Below, piece after piece: positions 49,665 through 59,535 of a DNA stretch of 64,000 nucleotides. A model generated the notes under the pieces. The model saw only the letters and a program-made list of their open reading frames with translations. It searched no databases and was not told the DNA's origin. How positions within the stretch are numbered: the stretch's first letter is position 1; each line of letters starts with the position of its first letter. The position numbers were made by a program, and so were the translations under genes. The stretch lies in NCBI GenBank assembly GCA_046758325.1, contig JBHHZZ010000005.1, positions 150 through 64,149 of the forward strand. The letters run 5' to 3'. The stretch is from Thermoplasmata archaeon. Its GTDB lineage: Archaea; Thermoplasmatota; Thermoplasmata; RBG-16-68-12; JAJISG01.

Positions 49665-50677
49665 CCCAGGAAACGATCCAGGTCCACGCTGGACCTGCCC
49701 AGCTCCTCCACCTTTGTATAGAGGCTCCAGTCCTCCTTGCACTCGCAGTCCAGTTCGTCGAGCCAATCAGAGACATTCAGGGAGTAGTCGTCTATGGCCT
49801 TGAGGATGATACCATCGCAGTGTCCGCAGTTGTGGGCTCCCCGCCGCTTGCCGCCCCCGGTCGGCTTGGACATCACCCTAGCCCCGATCCCCCGCAGAAC
49901 CTTGAGCACCTCCACTAGGGACCACAACCAAGGGGGCCTGTACTCTCCCTTCCTGTACAACACGTCCACCAGGGTGTCCCTCTGGACGTTGGTGGGGTTT
50001 ATGGATATCGTATCCGTCATGCCGTCGATGGCCCTGGCGGAGTTGATGATGTCAATCAAGGCCCCCCTTTCGGAAAGGAAGGGAGGCTTGAGGAGGAGGT
50101 AGGTCTTGACGCTGACGCCGCATTCCCGCGCTACCTTCGCAGCCTCCACGTACGCTTCAAAACTGAAGTCCTTGCTGATGCAGCGGTCCCGAATGAAATC
50201 GTTGGCAGACTCGAGGCCTATGGCGACCTCGAAGACCTTGCAGCATTTCACGGCCTCCTGCAGGAGAGGTCTTCGCACGAGCTGAGGCAGGTTCTCAACA
50301 ACCACCTTCTCGCACCTCTCGCCCAGGTCCCCCAGGATGATTCTTCGAATTTTGGGAGGAATCTCGTTGGGATCGAAGAAGTTGCCCGAGTTGTAGACCT
50401 TGACTATAGGTTGACCCCCATAGATGTCCATGGCACTGGACCACTGCTGGAGGAGGTCCTCTCCGGAGACCTCGGTGAAGCAGTCGCTGACGTATCCGCA
50501 CATGGAGCAACCGCTTTTCCTAGCCCAATAGCACCCCTTCGTTCGCAGGATAAGGACGAAAGCTTCCGCCACTTCGCCATCCAGAAGCTCTCTCTCTGTC
50601 CAGGCGGACACGTACTTTGTGGGATCGTGCTCCCTGACCGCCCTCGTCTCCTGTATCAGCTGTGCTAGCTGAGTCAT
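49661..50677 (-). CDS. Radical SAM enzyme of archaeosine biosynthesis (RaSEA-like)
   Basis: LRTKGCYWARKSGCSMCGY (Cx7CxxC), GLESAND, YLLLKPPFLSE, YRPPWLWS, GAHNCGHC. Confidence 0.85.
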   Translation of the reverse strand: MTQLAQLIQETRAVREHDPTKYVSAWTERELLDGEVAEAFVLILRTKGCYWARKSGCSMCGYVSDCFTEVSGEDLLQQWSSAMDIYGGQPIVKVYNSGNFFDPNEIPPKIRRIILGDLGERCEKVVVENLPQLVRRPLLQEAVKCCKVFEVAIGLESANDFIRDRCISKDFSFEAYVEAAKVARECGVSVKTYLLLKPPFLSERGALIDIINSARAIDGMTDTISINPTNVQRDTLVDVLYRKGEYRPPWLWSLVEVLKVLRGIGARVMSKPTGGGKRRGAHNCGHCDGIILKAIDDYSLNVSDWLDELDCECKEDWSLYTKVEELGRSSVDLDRFLG

Positions 50678-50710
50678 CCACGAAGGAAAGCTGGCCGGCG
50701 AATAAAAGGT

Positions 50711-51808
50711 TTAGCCGCGGGGTTTCACCAGGATAATGGCGGCGATGAGGCCTAGGGCGATGAAGACGAGGGAGAGGAACCAAAGGGCGAAACCTATCTC
50801 AGGGGCAGTGATGAAGACGGGCACCTCGAATATGCCGGGAGCCTGGTAGAGGAGCGCGTAGGCGACGAACAACAGGAGGCCCACGACGGCCAAGGAGATG
50901 CCTACCATGGGATTCCCTTCCTTCTGTTGCCTTATCTTCACAGCCCCTGTCGCCTTCCGGCGGCGCGTCTGATGCATGGGTTGTGCAGTGACTCCTGGCA
51001 CGGCTCCGGCGGGGGGGTAGGCCCGGCAGCTGTAGCAGTACCATCTGTCGTATTGGGGGATGTAGGTGAGTTCCCCGCCGCACGTAGGACACGCGCTCTC
51101 GCCCTCCCGGCCCGCCTCCTGCGGAGCTTCAACCTCCTGGACTACCTCGACCTGCCCCTGATGCGTCTCCTCGGCAAGCTGTTCCGGCGGCTCTGGCTGT
51201 TCTTCCACCAAGGGAGCTTCTTGCGCGGCCTCTTTCTCCTCGGGTTCAGGGGGTTTCTCCTCCTGAGATTCTACGGGCTCCTCCCCCTTCAGCAGGAGGC
51301 CCTGTTTCCTTACGTGCTCGAGAAGGCGTAGTCGGAGCTCGTACTTCATGCCGCTGTCATCCAGGGCGTAGTCCCTACACCACTTCATGAGCTGCTCCTT
51401 GGAGGCCAGGTCCATCTCTTCCCGGGAGAAGGGAGCGTAACCGATGGTCTCGGCCTTTCCTTCACCGCCTGCCTTCATGCGCTTGCCTCCCTTACGTCCT
51501 CGAGCGATGCCGTAACTCTTTGGCACGTACGCCCTGCAGTCGAGGCAATAGAAGCGATCATATTGAGGTATGTACTCGAGCTCCTTCCCACACGTGGGGC
51601 ACGGGTTCCTGATCCCAGCGTCTTCCTTGTACTCCTGGCAACCGTAGCAGTAGTACCTGTGATACTGCTGCACGAATACCAAGGCTCGACCGCATCTATC
51701 GCAGGGATGAAGGGTCTTGGGCGCGTAGGACCGGCAGCCGTAGCAGTAGTGCCTTCCGTAAGGGGCGATGTAGGTGAGCTCAGCACCACAGGTTGGACAA
51801 CCAACCAT
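50711..51808 (-). CDS. Membrane-anchored protein with four zinc ribbons and a SAP-like domain
   Basis: Four copies of CxxCGxxLx(Y/F)xxxYxRxYCxxC; KEQLMKWCRDYALDDSGMKYELRLRL; two C-terminal TMs. Confidence 0.75.
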   Translation of the reverse strand: MVGCPTCGAELTYIAPYGRHYCYGCRSYAPKTLHPCDRCGRALVFVQQYHRYYCYGCQEYKEDAGIRNPCPTCGKELEYIPQYDRFYCLDCRAYVPKSYGIARGRKGGKRMKAGGEGKAETIGYAPFSREEMDLASKEQLMKWCRDYALDDSGMKYELRLRLLEHVRKQGLLLKGEEPVESQEEKPPEPEEKEAAQEAPLVEEQPEPPEQLAEETHQGQVEVVQEVEAPQEAGREGESACPTCGGELTYIPQYDRWYCYSCRAYPPAGAVPGVTAQPMHQTRRRKATGAVKIRQQKEGNPMVGISLAVVGLLLFVAYALLYQAPGIFEVPVFITAPEIGFALWFLSLVFIALGLIAAIILVKPRG

Positions 51809-52007
51809 CTCATCCTCTTAGGAGGTTTCTCTGGGCACCCTATTTGATTGTTTTTAAGTCGTAATCAAAATCGGGAATCATTTTTCCTGGCTTTTTGACG
51901 TCTTCTAGGGGTACAGAGGTACCCCATCCCCGAAACGTGGATACCTATCGGAGCTGGATTCAAGGTTGGGCGGACAGGTTGACGAAGGCGAGGCCAAGGA
52001 GCACGAG

Positions 52008-52093
52008 AGCCGCCGAAGGGATTCGAACCCTTGACCTACGGTTCTCCCGCTGCGTTACAAGACCGTCGCTCTAACCAGCTGAGCTACGGCGGC
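52008..52093 (-). tRNA. tRNA-Thr(TGT) with a 12-nt intron at 37/38 (52044-52055)
   Basis: GCCGCCG acceptor stem, ACGGT-CTTGTA-[ACGCAGCGGGAG]-A-ACCGT, GGTTCGAATCC. Confidence 0.9.
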
Positions 52094-52171
52094 TTCACGA
52101 GGTGGATTGAGAGGTCATAGGGATTAAATAACTTGTCGGGGAACATTCACAGCGCATCCCCTTGGCCAGTA

Positions 52172-52765
52172 TCAGCGCTCTGCGCCTTGAGCTTCGGAAG
52201 TCAGCCCCAGCAACTGCTGCAGGGAGACAAAGACTATCCAGACGACTGCTGCCAGGACGCCAACGGTCTCCCAGAGAGGGTCCACGCCGCTGAATATTAG
52301 GATTAGGGCGAGGACGAAGGCGACCGCCGTGGCCACTGCTCCCACCACCCCGAAGGCCCGATTCTTCGCAACGATGAGCAGGAAGAGCGCCAATCCTGCC
52401 GTCAATAGCAGAAAGAAGGCGATCGCAGCGTACGTGTGAAGAACGCCCGCGTCCTCTGTCCAGATACCGACGCCAACAAGGGATATCCCGGCCGCCAGGA
52501 ACGCTCCGCGGGTCACCCAAGCCACAGACCTGGTTCCTAGGGGCTCAAGGCCCCAGGCCGCGAAGGGAAGAATCAGAAGGCCAGTCAGGATGACAGCGCT
52601 GTTGAAAGCCCAGGCACCTGATCCGACCCCCAGGTCGCTGAGGACGTCCTCGCCGAAGACGTATGTGGGATCGAGGGCAATGGCCGTTGCATAGAGTATG
52701 ACAAAGACGATGGGGGCCAAGAGGCCACAGATGGTTCCAATCCTCTCAGGGGTTAACCGCTCCAT
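52172..52765 (-). CDS. DUF998-like membrane protein
   Basis: LSDLG, FNSAV, GVGIWTE, LH..AA..FF, WE. Confidence 0.75.
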   Translation of the reverse strand: MERLTPERIGTICGLLAPIVFVILYATAIALDPTYVFGEDVLSDLGVGSGAWAFNSAVILTGLLILPFAAWGLEPLGTRSVAWVTRGAFLAAGISLVGVGIWTEDAGVLHTYAAIAFFLLLTAGLALFLLIVAKNRAFGVVGAVATAVAFVLALILIFSGVDPLWETVGVLAAVVWIVFVSLQQLLGLTSEAQGAER

Positions 52766-52854
52766 GACGGCCTATTGTGTATTCTGTTTATAAAGAACCT
52801 TGCGCTCCATCATGGCGGTAGGTTTTTCTTGGACAGAGACCCTGCCTGCGACTC

Positions 52855-53631
52855 ATGACTCCGGACAGCCTCAGGCAGGCCTATCGACAGTTCACCACGG
52901 GGGTATCCCTCATCACGACCCACGGGACGGCTGGCCCAAACGTCACGGCCGCAGAGTGGACCTTCAACGTGTCCTATGAGCCCTTCTTGATATCCGTTCA
53001 CATCGGCCGGGGGAAGGCCACCCACGATGCCATCGAACAGACCGGGGAGTTCGGGGTGAACATTGTGGCGGAGGATCAGGTGGCCGCCATGGCCCTCGCT
53101 GGTCACTTTTCCAAGCGTGTCGTAGACAAGCTCTCCAGCGACCTCTTCGACACCTATCCGGCGAAGCGTATCAAGGCTCCTCTGATTCGTGGCTGCCTAC
53201 TGAATGCCGAGTGTCGAGTGGTACAGCAGGTCGCCATGGGCGACCATACTGCCTTTGTAGGGGAGGTGGTGGAGTTTACCGTGGACGGGTCTAGGAATCC
53301 CGTGATCCTCCACAAGGGAGCGCGGCGGCTCGGTGCACGCATAAGGAGGCGCGCTGATGTGACCGTTGCAGTGACGCCGATGCAAGCCGCGCGGGGTGCG
53401 GGAATCACCGCCACAGGGGAGCTCATGGCCCCCAGCAGGGCCTTCAAGAAGATTCACATTAGACTCATCGACCCGAAGGGGATAGAAATCGTAGAGAGGG
53501 AGGCGCTAACCGGAGCCGAAGGCTATTTCAGCGCCGACCTGGCCATCCCTGCCGAAGCACCGTCAGGCGTCTACGTCATCCTTGCCCGATACCGTGATGC
53601 TGAGGGCAGTGCCCGTCTCAGGGTAACCTAG
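52855..53631 (+). CDS. Flavin reductase-like protein with C-terminal Ig/MG2-like domain
   Basis: TGVSLITT, VSYEPF, FGVNI, GDHTAFVGEV; C-terminal LIDPKG...GYFSADLAIP...GVYVI. Confidence 0.8.
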   Translation: MTPDSLRQAYRQFTTGVSLITTHGTAGPNVTAAEWTFNVSYEPFLISVHIGRGKATHDAIEQTGEFGVNIVAEDQVAAMALAGHFSKRVVDKLSSDLFDTYPAKRIKAPLIRGCLLNAECRVVQQVAMGDHTAFVGEVVEFTVDGSRNPVILHKGARRLGARIRRRADVTVAVTPMQAARGAGITATGELMAPSRAFKKIHIRLIDPKGIEIVEREALTGAEGYFSADLAIPAEAPSGVYVILARYRDAEGSARLRVT

Positions 53632-53692
53632 TCCGCGAGTGGCATAGCGGGAGTCCGGTTCAACCGGCTCAACAGAGGTGACCCACTGAAAA

Positions 53693-53944
53693 TCATCTCT
53701 TCCGTCCCCTTCTCTTGGACTTCGGTCGGGTCCTAGAGTGGGCTCCCTTTCGGTCAGTCATCCTCTTCCTCTTTGCCCAGTCCTCTTGCACGAGAGTCCC
53801 GTTCCACAACTTCAAGGCCTTCTCCTTGGAGAAGGGGATGCCTCGGGCCTCGAGCTTTGACTTCATTCGATTACGGAACTGATGCCTCTTGATATCCTTC
53901 TGGCTGTTCCAGAGCCTTTCAAACTCCCGGACCTTCTCGTTCAA
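53693..53944 (-). CDS. Small basic hypothetical protein
   Basis: GGAGG before TTG; K/R-rich; follows ssb on the same strand. Confidence 0.55.
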   Translation of the reverse strand: MNEKVREFERLWNSQKDIKRHQFRNRMKSKLEARGIPFSKEKALKLWNGTLVQEDWAKRKRMTDRKGAHSRTRPKSKRRGRKR

Positions 53945-54018
53945 GTCACTGCCTCCGGATTCCTATCGGTAGGACGACGATGCTGAGGTTCAGTATTCGG
54001 GCCTACTGGGAAGAATGA

Positions 54019-54489
54019 CTACCGGCGCCTTCTTCCTCCGCCCCTTCCACCGGGTCTGCCTCTGCCGCCTCTGGAGGGCTGTCCGCCGAAGTCGGATCTG
54101 CCCGAGGATCGCCTCTCCATCTCGTACTCTCGGTCGCTGATATTGAACTCCTCGTTGACTTCAGGGATGTCCTCCTCGACGATGGCCATGCTTCCGTACT
54201 TTCCCACGTTGAGACGGAGATGACCCCGCACGAGGGACATGAAGCCGTTATCGATGAGCAGAACGTCCCCAGGAGAAACCTGTTCAATCTGATCCTGCCA
54301 TAACGTCATGAGTACTGTCCCGGTCTCGTCGCCGACTCTGGCTTCTGCCAGCAATCGGGCGCCCCCCATCCTAGAGGGGACCTCTCTCTTCTCGCCAATG
54401 TCCAATACCTTGACGAGGATGTTCACGCGCTTTGAGGCAGGCGAGAGGTCGTCTACCTTAACCATTTCCTTGTCTGCTTCCTTATCCAT
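54019..54489 (-). CDS. ssb: Single-OB-fold single-stranded DNA-binding protein with RG-rich tail
   Basis: VNILVKV, VGDETG...LW, LRLNVGKYG. Confidence 0.85.
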   Translation of the reverse strand: MDKEADKEMVKVDDLSPASKRVNILVKVLDIGEKREVPSRMGGARLLAEARVGDETGTVLMTLWQDQIEQVSPGDVLLIDNGFMSLVRGHLRLNVGKYGSMAIVEEDIPEVNEEFNISDREYEMERRSSGRSDFGGQPSRGGRGRPGGRGGGRRRR

Positions 54490-54664
54490 TGTGTCTCACT
54501 TCCGGCACGAAAAACAGGGGACCCGACCCAACCTTTGAGCCCTGAATCCCGAGTTGTTGTGTCTGCGATAAGGACGCCTATGTCCCATATATACCTTCCC
54601 TTCTCATTCGGCGACCCGGTGCCCCTAGCCAGCCTCCACAATGACTCTCGTAGACAAGGCCTAC

Positions 54665-55654
54665 TCAATCACGCGATAGGGCCTCATACAGGAGGGGCAG
54701 CGAGACGTCGTACCTGTAGGTCACGTTCATATGCCCGTCGTCGAATTCCTCATAGTAATGGGGTATCCCCAGGGCTTCTAGCTTCGCGTGGAGGATCCTG
54801 GACCCCCAGATGAGGCTGAACTCGTCCTCCGTCCCGCAGTCGATGTAGATCAGCTCCAGCTTCCGAAGGTTGTCCGCGTACCTCTCCACCATGTTGACGG
54901 GGTCCCATTCCCTCCACCTCACCCACACCTCGGACCTGAACTCGCCCGTCTCCAGGTCGAATGGAAAGTCGATGCCCATGATTGGCGATTGCGGATTGGG
55001 GGAATAGTGGGCCGCCATGCCCAGGGTGTTCAGGACCGGGAGGAGGTCCTTTCTCCTCCTGTCGGGTCTCTCCCAGTATCCCTCCAGCCATGCCTCTGGC
55101 CCACCAGCCTCCCTGAAGGCCTTGAGGGCCTTGGAGAAGTCGGGTATGTAGCAGTATTCGAAGGCGGAGTCGCCAGAGTGATTCGCCAGGGCGGAGAACA
55201 CATCGGGATGCCTCATACCCAGGACCATGGACCCGTACCCTCCGGAGGACTTGCCCCAGATGGCCCGCCGGCCGCATCTGTACCTCTCCTCCACGAGGGG
55301 TATGACCTCCTGGATGAGGTAGTCCTCGTAGGCGCCGATGGCGGAGGAGTTCAAGTACTGATTCCCTCCGACCCTCGTGAAGCAGTCTGGCATCACGACG
55401 ATCATGGGACCGCACTTCCCCTCGGCGATAAGGCGGTCCATCTTCGATCTGAGATCCTCCATCAGGGGGTCTACATTCAGGAGCATGCGGCCGGTTCCCG
55501 TATATCCCACGATGCCGTAGACCACAGGCGCCTCCTCCTTGCCGTATCCCGGCGGGAGGTAGATTAGGACATCCCGTTCCGACGGGTCCCCCAGGGGATT
55601 CCCCTTCAGGATTTCGCTCTCGAACGTCTCCTCCACAAGCCTTCCCTGCATCAT
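54665..55654 (-). CDS. Putative esterase (alpha/beta hydrolase, Fes-like)
   Basis: GNPLGDP, YLPPGY, GKSSGG nucleophile elbow, DCG..DEF, DGH. Confidence 0.85.
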   Translation of the reverse strand: MMQGRLVEETFESEILKGNPLGDPSERDVLIYLPPGYGKEEAPVVYGIVGYTGTGRMLLNVDPLMEDLRSKMDRLIAEGKCGPMIVVMPDCFTRVGGNQYLNSSAIGAYEDYLIQEVIPLVEERYRCGRRAIWGKSSGGYGSMVLGMRHPDVFSALANHSGDSAFEYCYIPDFSKALKAFREAGGPEAWLEGYWERPDRRRKDLLPVLNTLGMAAHYSPNPQSPIMGIDFPFDLETGEFRSEVWVRWREWDPVNMVERYADNLRKLELIYIDCGTEDEFSLIWGSRILHAKLEALGIPHYYEEFDDGHMNVTYRYDVSLPLLYEALSRD

Positions 55655-55765
55655 GAGCCCCTGAACCCGCGGAGGGTATTTCAGCCTGCAGATATGGGCC
55701 CTGGCATCTCTCTTCGCCTCATTTGGGTTATCGTTATATATGCTCGAGACCCATTAACTTCATGA

Positions 55766-56161
55766 ATGCCGAAGGGCTCCGTGCTCCAGCCCTACGAGTT
55801 GGTAGTCAACAAAATTCTTCCCACCATCAGGGCCAGGCTAGCGCAGGTTCTCCTTCAAGACTACGACCTCAGACAGGTGGAGGTCGCCGAGAAGCTGGGC
55901 GTTACCCAGGCGGCCGTGAGCCACTACAACACGCACACCAGGGGGGCGGACCAGACCATTCTCCAGCTCTTCCCGGAGATCGACAGTTTCATCCAGGAGC
56001 TGGCCAAGGATATTGCCAGTGGAATGCCCAAACAGCAGCAGGTAGCTCGACTGAACAACATCTGCTGGCAGCTGATGTACACGGAGAGATTCTGCAGTTA
56101 TCACCGCAAGATCGCGGATCTGGAAGGCTGTAACATCTGCTACGAGCCGGTTCCCCAGTGA
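55766..56161 (+). CDS. HTH transcriptional regulator with Cys/His C-terminus
   Basis: LPTIRA, QVEVAEKLGVTQAAVSHY, FCSYH...CNIC. Confidence 0.8.
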   Translation: MPKGSVLQPYELVVNKILPTIRARLAQVLLQDYDLRQVEVAEKLGVTQAAVSHYNTHTRGADQTILQLFPEIDSFIQELAKDIASGMPKQQQVARLNNICWQLMYTERFCSYHRKIADLEGCNICYEPVPQ

Positions 56162-56236
56162 TCAGTCTGGGGACGCTGGCTTTTGGGAGTGATGTTGTGG
56201 TAGCGCAGAGCATGAAAGGCTGGGATCGCCTTTGCC

Positions 56237-56482
56237 TTGCCGAGGTCGGCCCTAGCGGTAGCCAGGACCCTCAAGGATGGCCCCCTCACCAGGGAACAGG
56301 TGAAGTCCAGGACCGGGCTGCCGGATAGGACCCTGCGATTCGCCATCGCTCGCTTGAGGCGGGTGGGAATCGTGGACGAGCGGCGCAGCCTCAGGGACGC
56401 CCGAAGGAAGTTATTCTTCCTGGTGGGAGAGGGCGAGGGAGCAGGACGAAGAGCTCAGGAGGCTCCCCAGTTGACCCGGTAA
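56237..56482 (+). CDS. Small winged-helix DNA-binding protein
   Basis: GPLT, TGLPDRTLRFAIARL, SLRDAR. Confidence 0.75.
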   Translation: MPRSALAVARTLKDGPLTREQVKSRTGLPDRTLRFAIARLRRVGIVDERRSLRDARRKLFFLVGEGEGAGRRAQEAPQLTR

Positions 56483-58122
56483 AGCTGGGAGTAGCCATCG
56501 TCGTACAGTTTGAGGTAGTCCCCCCCCAGGAACTTGTCCAGGGCCTGCGGGGAGAGTGGCAGGGCGGGGTCCCAAGGAAACAGCATGGCGCCCGCTACTA
56601 GGTCTCGGTCCAGGAGGACATAGTCGACTCTCCCAGGACCACCAGGTAGCTCCTCCACCCATTCCATCTCCTGCCGCGCCTCGTCGAAACTAGGAGCGTG
56701 AAGAGCCAGGGAAACACTATCCCAGGTGGCCCTAACTCCGGTGAAGCCGAAAAGGATGGATGAGGCCCTGTGATCCGTTGCCGTCACACCGTCCACCCTT
56801 CCGACAGACCATTGGACCACGTTCATGCCCTCGGCCCTGGTCCCCTCGAAGTGGTTTCCCAGGACCTCCCTAGGCGGCAAGGCGGTGAGGGCTCCGAGGA
56901 TGATGAGAGCTGAAAGGAGCAGGACCAGGAGACGCTTTCCCCGGCCTATGGCCCGCATCAGCTGGAAAGCTCCCATCCCTCCGAAGATGGCCAGGGGCAA
57001 GGTCAGGTACTCGAGGTGCCTGTAGGGTATGAGGAACGTGGGTGCGATGAAGCCTCCGAGGATCCAGGAGATGTTGAGGGCCAGGAACCATGATGTAATG
57101 GATGGACCACCGGGGAGGAAGTCAAAATACCTGCGGCCAGGAGCGCTGAAAAGGAAGAGGAAGACGAAGGGGGCGGAATAGAGGAGGGAGGCCTGAGAGA
57201 CGGAGACAGTGGTGCCTGGCACCTGACTGTAGTAGAAGACCACCAGGATGAGGGAGGTGAGGAGAGCGGCCAGGCCAAGTATCTTCCAATCCCTGGATGC
57301 TGGTCTGGAGGAAGGTCGATACGTCCAGGAGATATGGGACCGCAGGATGGAGATGGGGTATAGGACCGCCGGCAGAGCCAGTATGAGGATCGCCGTCACC
57401 CACCATGGAAACCTCTCGATGCCCAGGAACGTCCTGAAACTCTCCGCATAGACGGCCCAGTAGGCGACGTTCGCTCCGACCAGGAACCCCAGGAGGGCCG
57501 TCTCTCTCCTAATCTCTCCGAAGGAAGCACCCCTGAGGGCGACTCTCATGAATGCCACCATGAAGGTAGAGATCATGAGGATGTAGCTAGAGAGGTGGTG
57601 CACAACCACCAGGGCCAGGGCCAGGGGGATCAGAAGGGCGAAGAGCTTGCCGTCCTCCCTCAGTCGGAGGAGCAGCAGGAGGCTTGAAGCTACGAACAGA
57701 TCCCCCAGGGCCCCCGGGATAGGATGGGAAGTGGGATATACGTGAGGCAGGACCACGGCGACGATTGCGGCTGCCAGGAGGGCGGGCCAATCCCTCCCAG
57801 TAACCTCCCGACCGATGAGGAAGGCAGGGACGACGATGAGGGACGAGAGAATGGGGACCATCAGAACGGCAGCGGCCTCCAGCGGTATCCCGGTCCATGA
57901 GGTGGAGGCGACCAGTACCTCCATGCCCGAGAACTCAGGGTAGCCAACCCCCCACCCGAGGTAGGGGTCTGGCAAAGGCGAGCCCTCCGAGAGGAGACGA
58001 GTGATTAGGAAGTATTCGCCGAAGTCAGCGCCCCAGAAGAGGTAACGGGTTACCGGCAGCAGCCGGAGGTAGACCGCCAGAAGAAAGATTGAGAGGAGGG
58101 CATACGAGGTGGACCTCTTCAC
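56455..58122 (-). CDS. Multi-TM protein, GT-C-like (surface glycosylation)
   Basis: GAD after TM1, HHLSS, YRH..Y, soluble C-terminal domain; downstream of the GT4 gene on the same strand. Confidence 0.6.
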   Translation of the reverse strand: MKRSTSYALLSIFLLAVYLRLLPVTRYLFWGADFGEYFLITRLLSEGSPLPDPYLGWGVGYPEFSGMEVLVASTSWTGIPLEAAAVLMVPILSSLIVVPAFLIGREVTGRDWPALLAAAIVAVVLPHVYPTSHPIPGALGDLFVASSLLLLLRLREDGKLFALLIPLALALVVVHHLSSYILMISTFMVAFMRVALRGASFGEIRRETALLGFLVGANVAYWAVYAESFRTFLGIERFPWWVTAILILALPAVLYPISILRSHISWTYRPSSRPASRDWKILGLAALLTSLILVVFYYSQVPGTTVSVSQASLLYSAPFVFLFLFSAPGRRYFDFLPGGPSITSWFLALNISWILGGFIAPTFLIPYRHLEYLTLPLAIFGGMGAFQLMRAIGRGKRLLVLLLSALIILGALTALPPREVLGNHFEGTRAEGMNVVQWSVGRVDGVTATDHRASSILFGFTGVRATWDSVSLALHAPSFDEARQEMEWVEELPGGPGRVDYVLLDRDLVAGAMLFPWDPALPLSPQALDKFLGGDYLKLYDDGYSQLYRVNWGAS

Positions 58123-58309
58123 GTCGTTCCATTAAGGAAAGCTCATATTAACGTTCGGGTCGTCCCGCCGAACATCCTGTCTCTGAGTAGAAGACGGTTC
58201 GCTGACCCAGCAGCGATAAGCCCTCAAAAGGTCCTGAGAGTGAGATGGTATAGGGTACGACACCTGTCGCCCTGATCAAGAACTCCGAAGAGATTCCAGG
58301 TATCCGCCA

Positions 58310-59479
58310 TCAGAACCCGGAGACACACTCCTCGTACACCTCCATGGTCTCGTGGACCACCCTCCCCCAGTCAAACCTCTCCTCCACGACACGACGCCCC
58401 GAGGCCGCCAGCCTCTGACACAGGCTGTCGTCTTCCATCAGTTCCTTCATCCTCTGAGCCAAGTCCTCACCGCTTCCTGGCGGGACCAAGAGGGCATTTT
58501 CATTATCCCTAGCCACGTCGACTACCCCTCCGACCTCAGTGGCAACCACCGGCAGGCGGGCAGCCCATGCCTCAAGGAGGGTAAGGGGAAACCCCTCCCA
58601 CAACGAGGGCAGGACGAAGGCGTGGGAGGAGGCGTACAGGGCCATCAACCTCTCCTCCTCCACAAATCCCAGAAAATCCAGGTTGCGCAGGCCCAGGGCC
58701 TTCGCCGTTCTTGTCAACTCCTCCCCTTCTGGCCCCTCTCCCACGAGAAGCAGCCGGAACTTCCTGCCAGCTTTCTCCAAGATTCTGGAGGCCTCCAGAA
58801 GGTGAACGACGCCCTTTTGAGGCACAAGTCTCCCGACGAAGAGGAAGGTGAAGTCCTCAGGCCTTCTGGTCCGAACCGCATCAAACCTGGACCAGTCGAC
58901 GCCGTTGGGAATCCAGCGCACTGCTGGTTGTTTGGACTTCAAGCCTGCTTCCAGCGCCTGCTTGTCGACCGTTATGACAGCATCATAGGCCAAGGAGAGG
59001 CTGAGGGCCTCCAGGGCCGAGAAGGCCAGGGCTCGCGGGCTCCGTCCTAGCATCGCCGTCCATCTTCCGGCGTAGACGCCGTGAAGGGTGCGTACCAGTG
59101 GGATACGAAGCTTCCTTCGAAGGTATGTGGCGGGGAAGCTACCCAGGGGACAGTGAACATGGATGAGGTCGTGAGGACCTAGCTGCCTCACCTGCTCCAC
59201 CAGCAGGAGCGGAAAGAGGGCCCTGCCCACAGGATTCCCGAAGGCGCTCCGGGGCCCGATGCGAAAGACCCGGAATCCCTTCATCCCATCGCATCCCTTC
59301 GGTCTAACCCCGCCCTGCAAGTCCCTAGACACGAGGTCTACCTGAACTCCCTTTGAGACCAACCCCCTGACCAGGTGGAGGATGTGGTACTCTCCCCCGC
59401 CCACGCTGGGAAACCATCTCTCGGAGATCATCAGGACCCGCAAGGGTTGTCCTCCGATGGGGAAGGATGCTTGGCTCAA
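58310..59479 (-). CDS. Glycosyltransferase family 4
   Basis: GGGE, IPNGVD, VGRLVPQKG, EGFPLTLLEA. Confidence 0.92.
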   Translation of the reverse strand: MSQASFPIGGQPLRVLMISERWFPSVGGGEYHILHLVRGLVSKGVQVDLVSRDLQGGVRPKGCDGMKGFRVFRIGPRSAFGNPVGRALFPLLLVEQVRQLGPHDLIHVHCPLGSFPATYLRRKLRIPLVRTLHGVYAGRWTAMLGRSPRALAFSALEALSLSLAYDAVITVDKQALEAGLKSKQPAVRWIPNGVDWSRFDAVRTRRPEDFTFLFVGRLVPQKGVVHLLEASRILEKAGRKFRLLLVGEGPEGEELTRTAKALGLRNLDFLGFVEEERLMALYASSHAFVLPSLWEGFPLTLLEAWAARLPVVATEVGGVVDVARDNENALLVPPGSGEDLAQRMKELMEDDSLCQRLAASGRRVVEERFDWGRVVHETMEVYEECVSGF

Positions 59480-59535
59480 AGCCTTTTGCGCCCAGTCATG
59501 GATGGAGGAACCGGACGCTGACGATGCGGGCCCTG

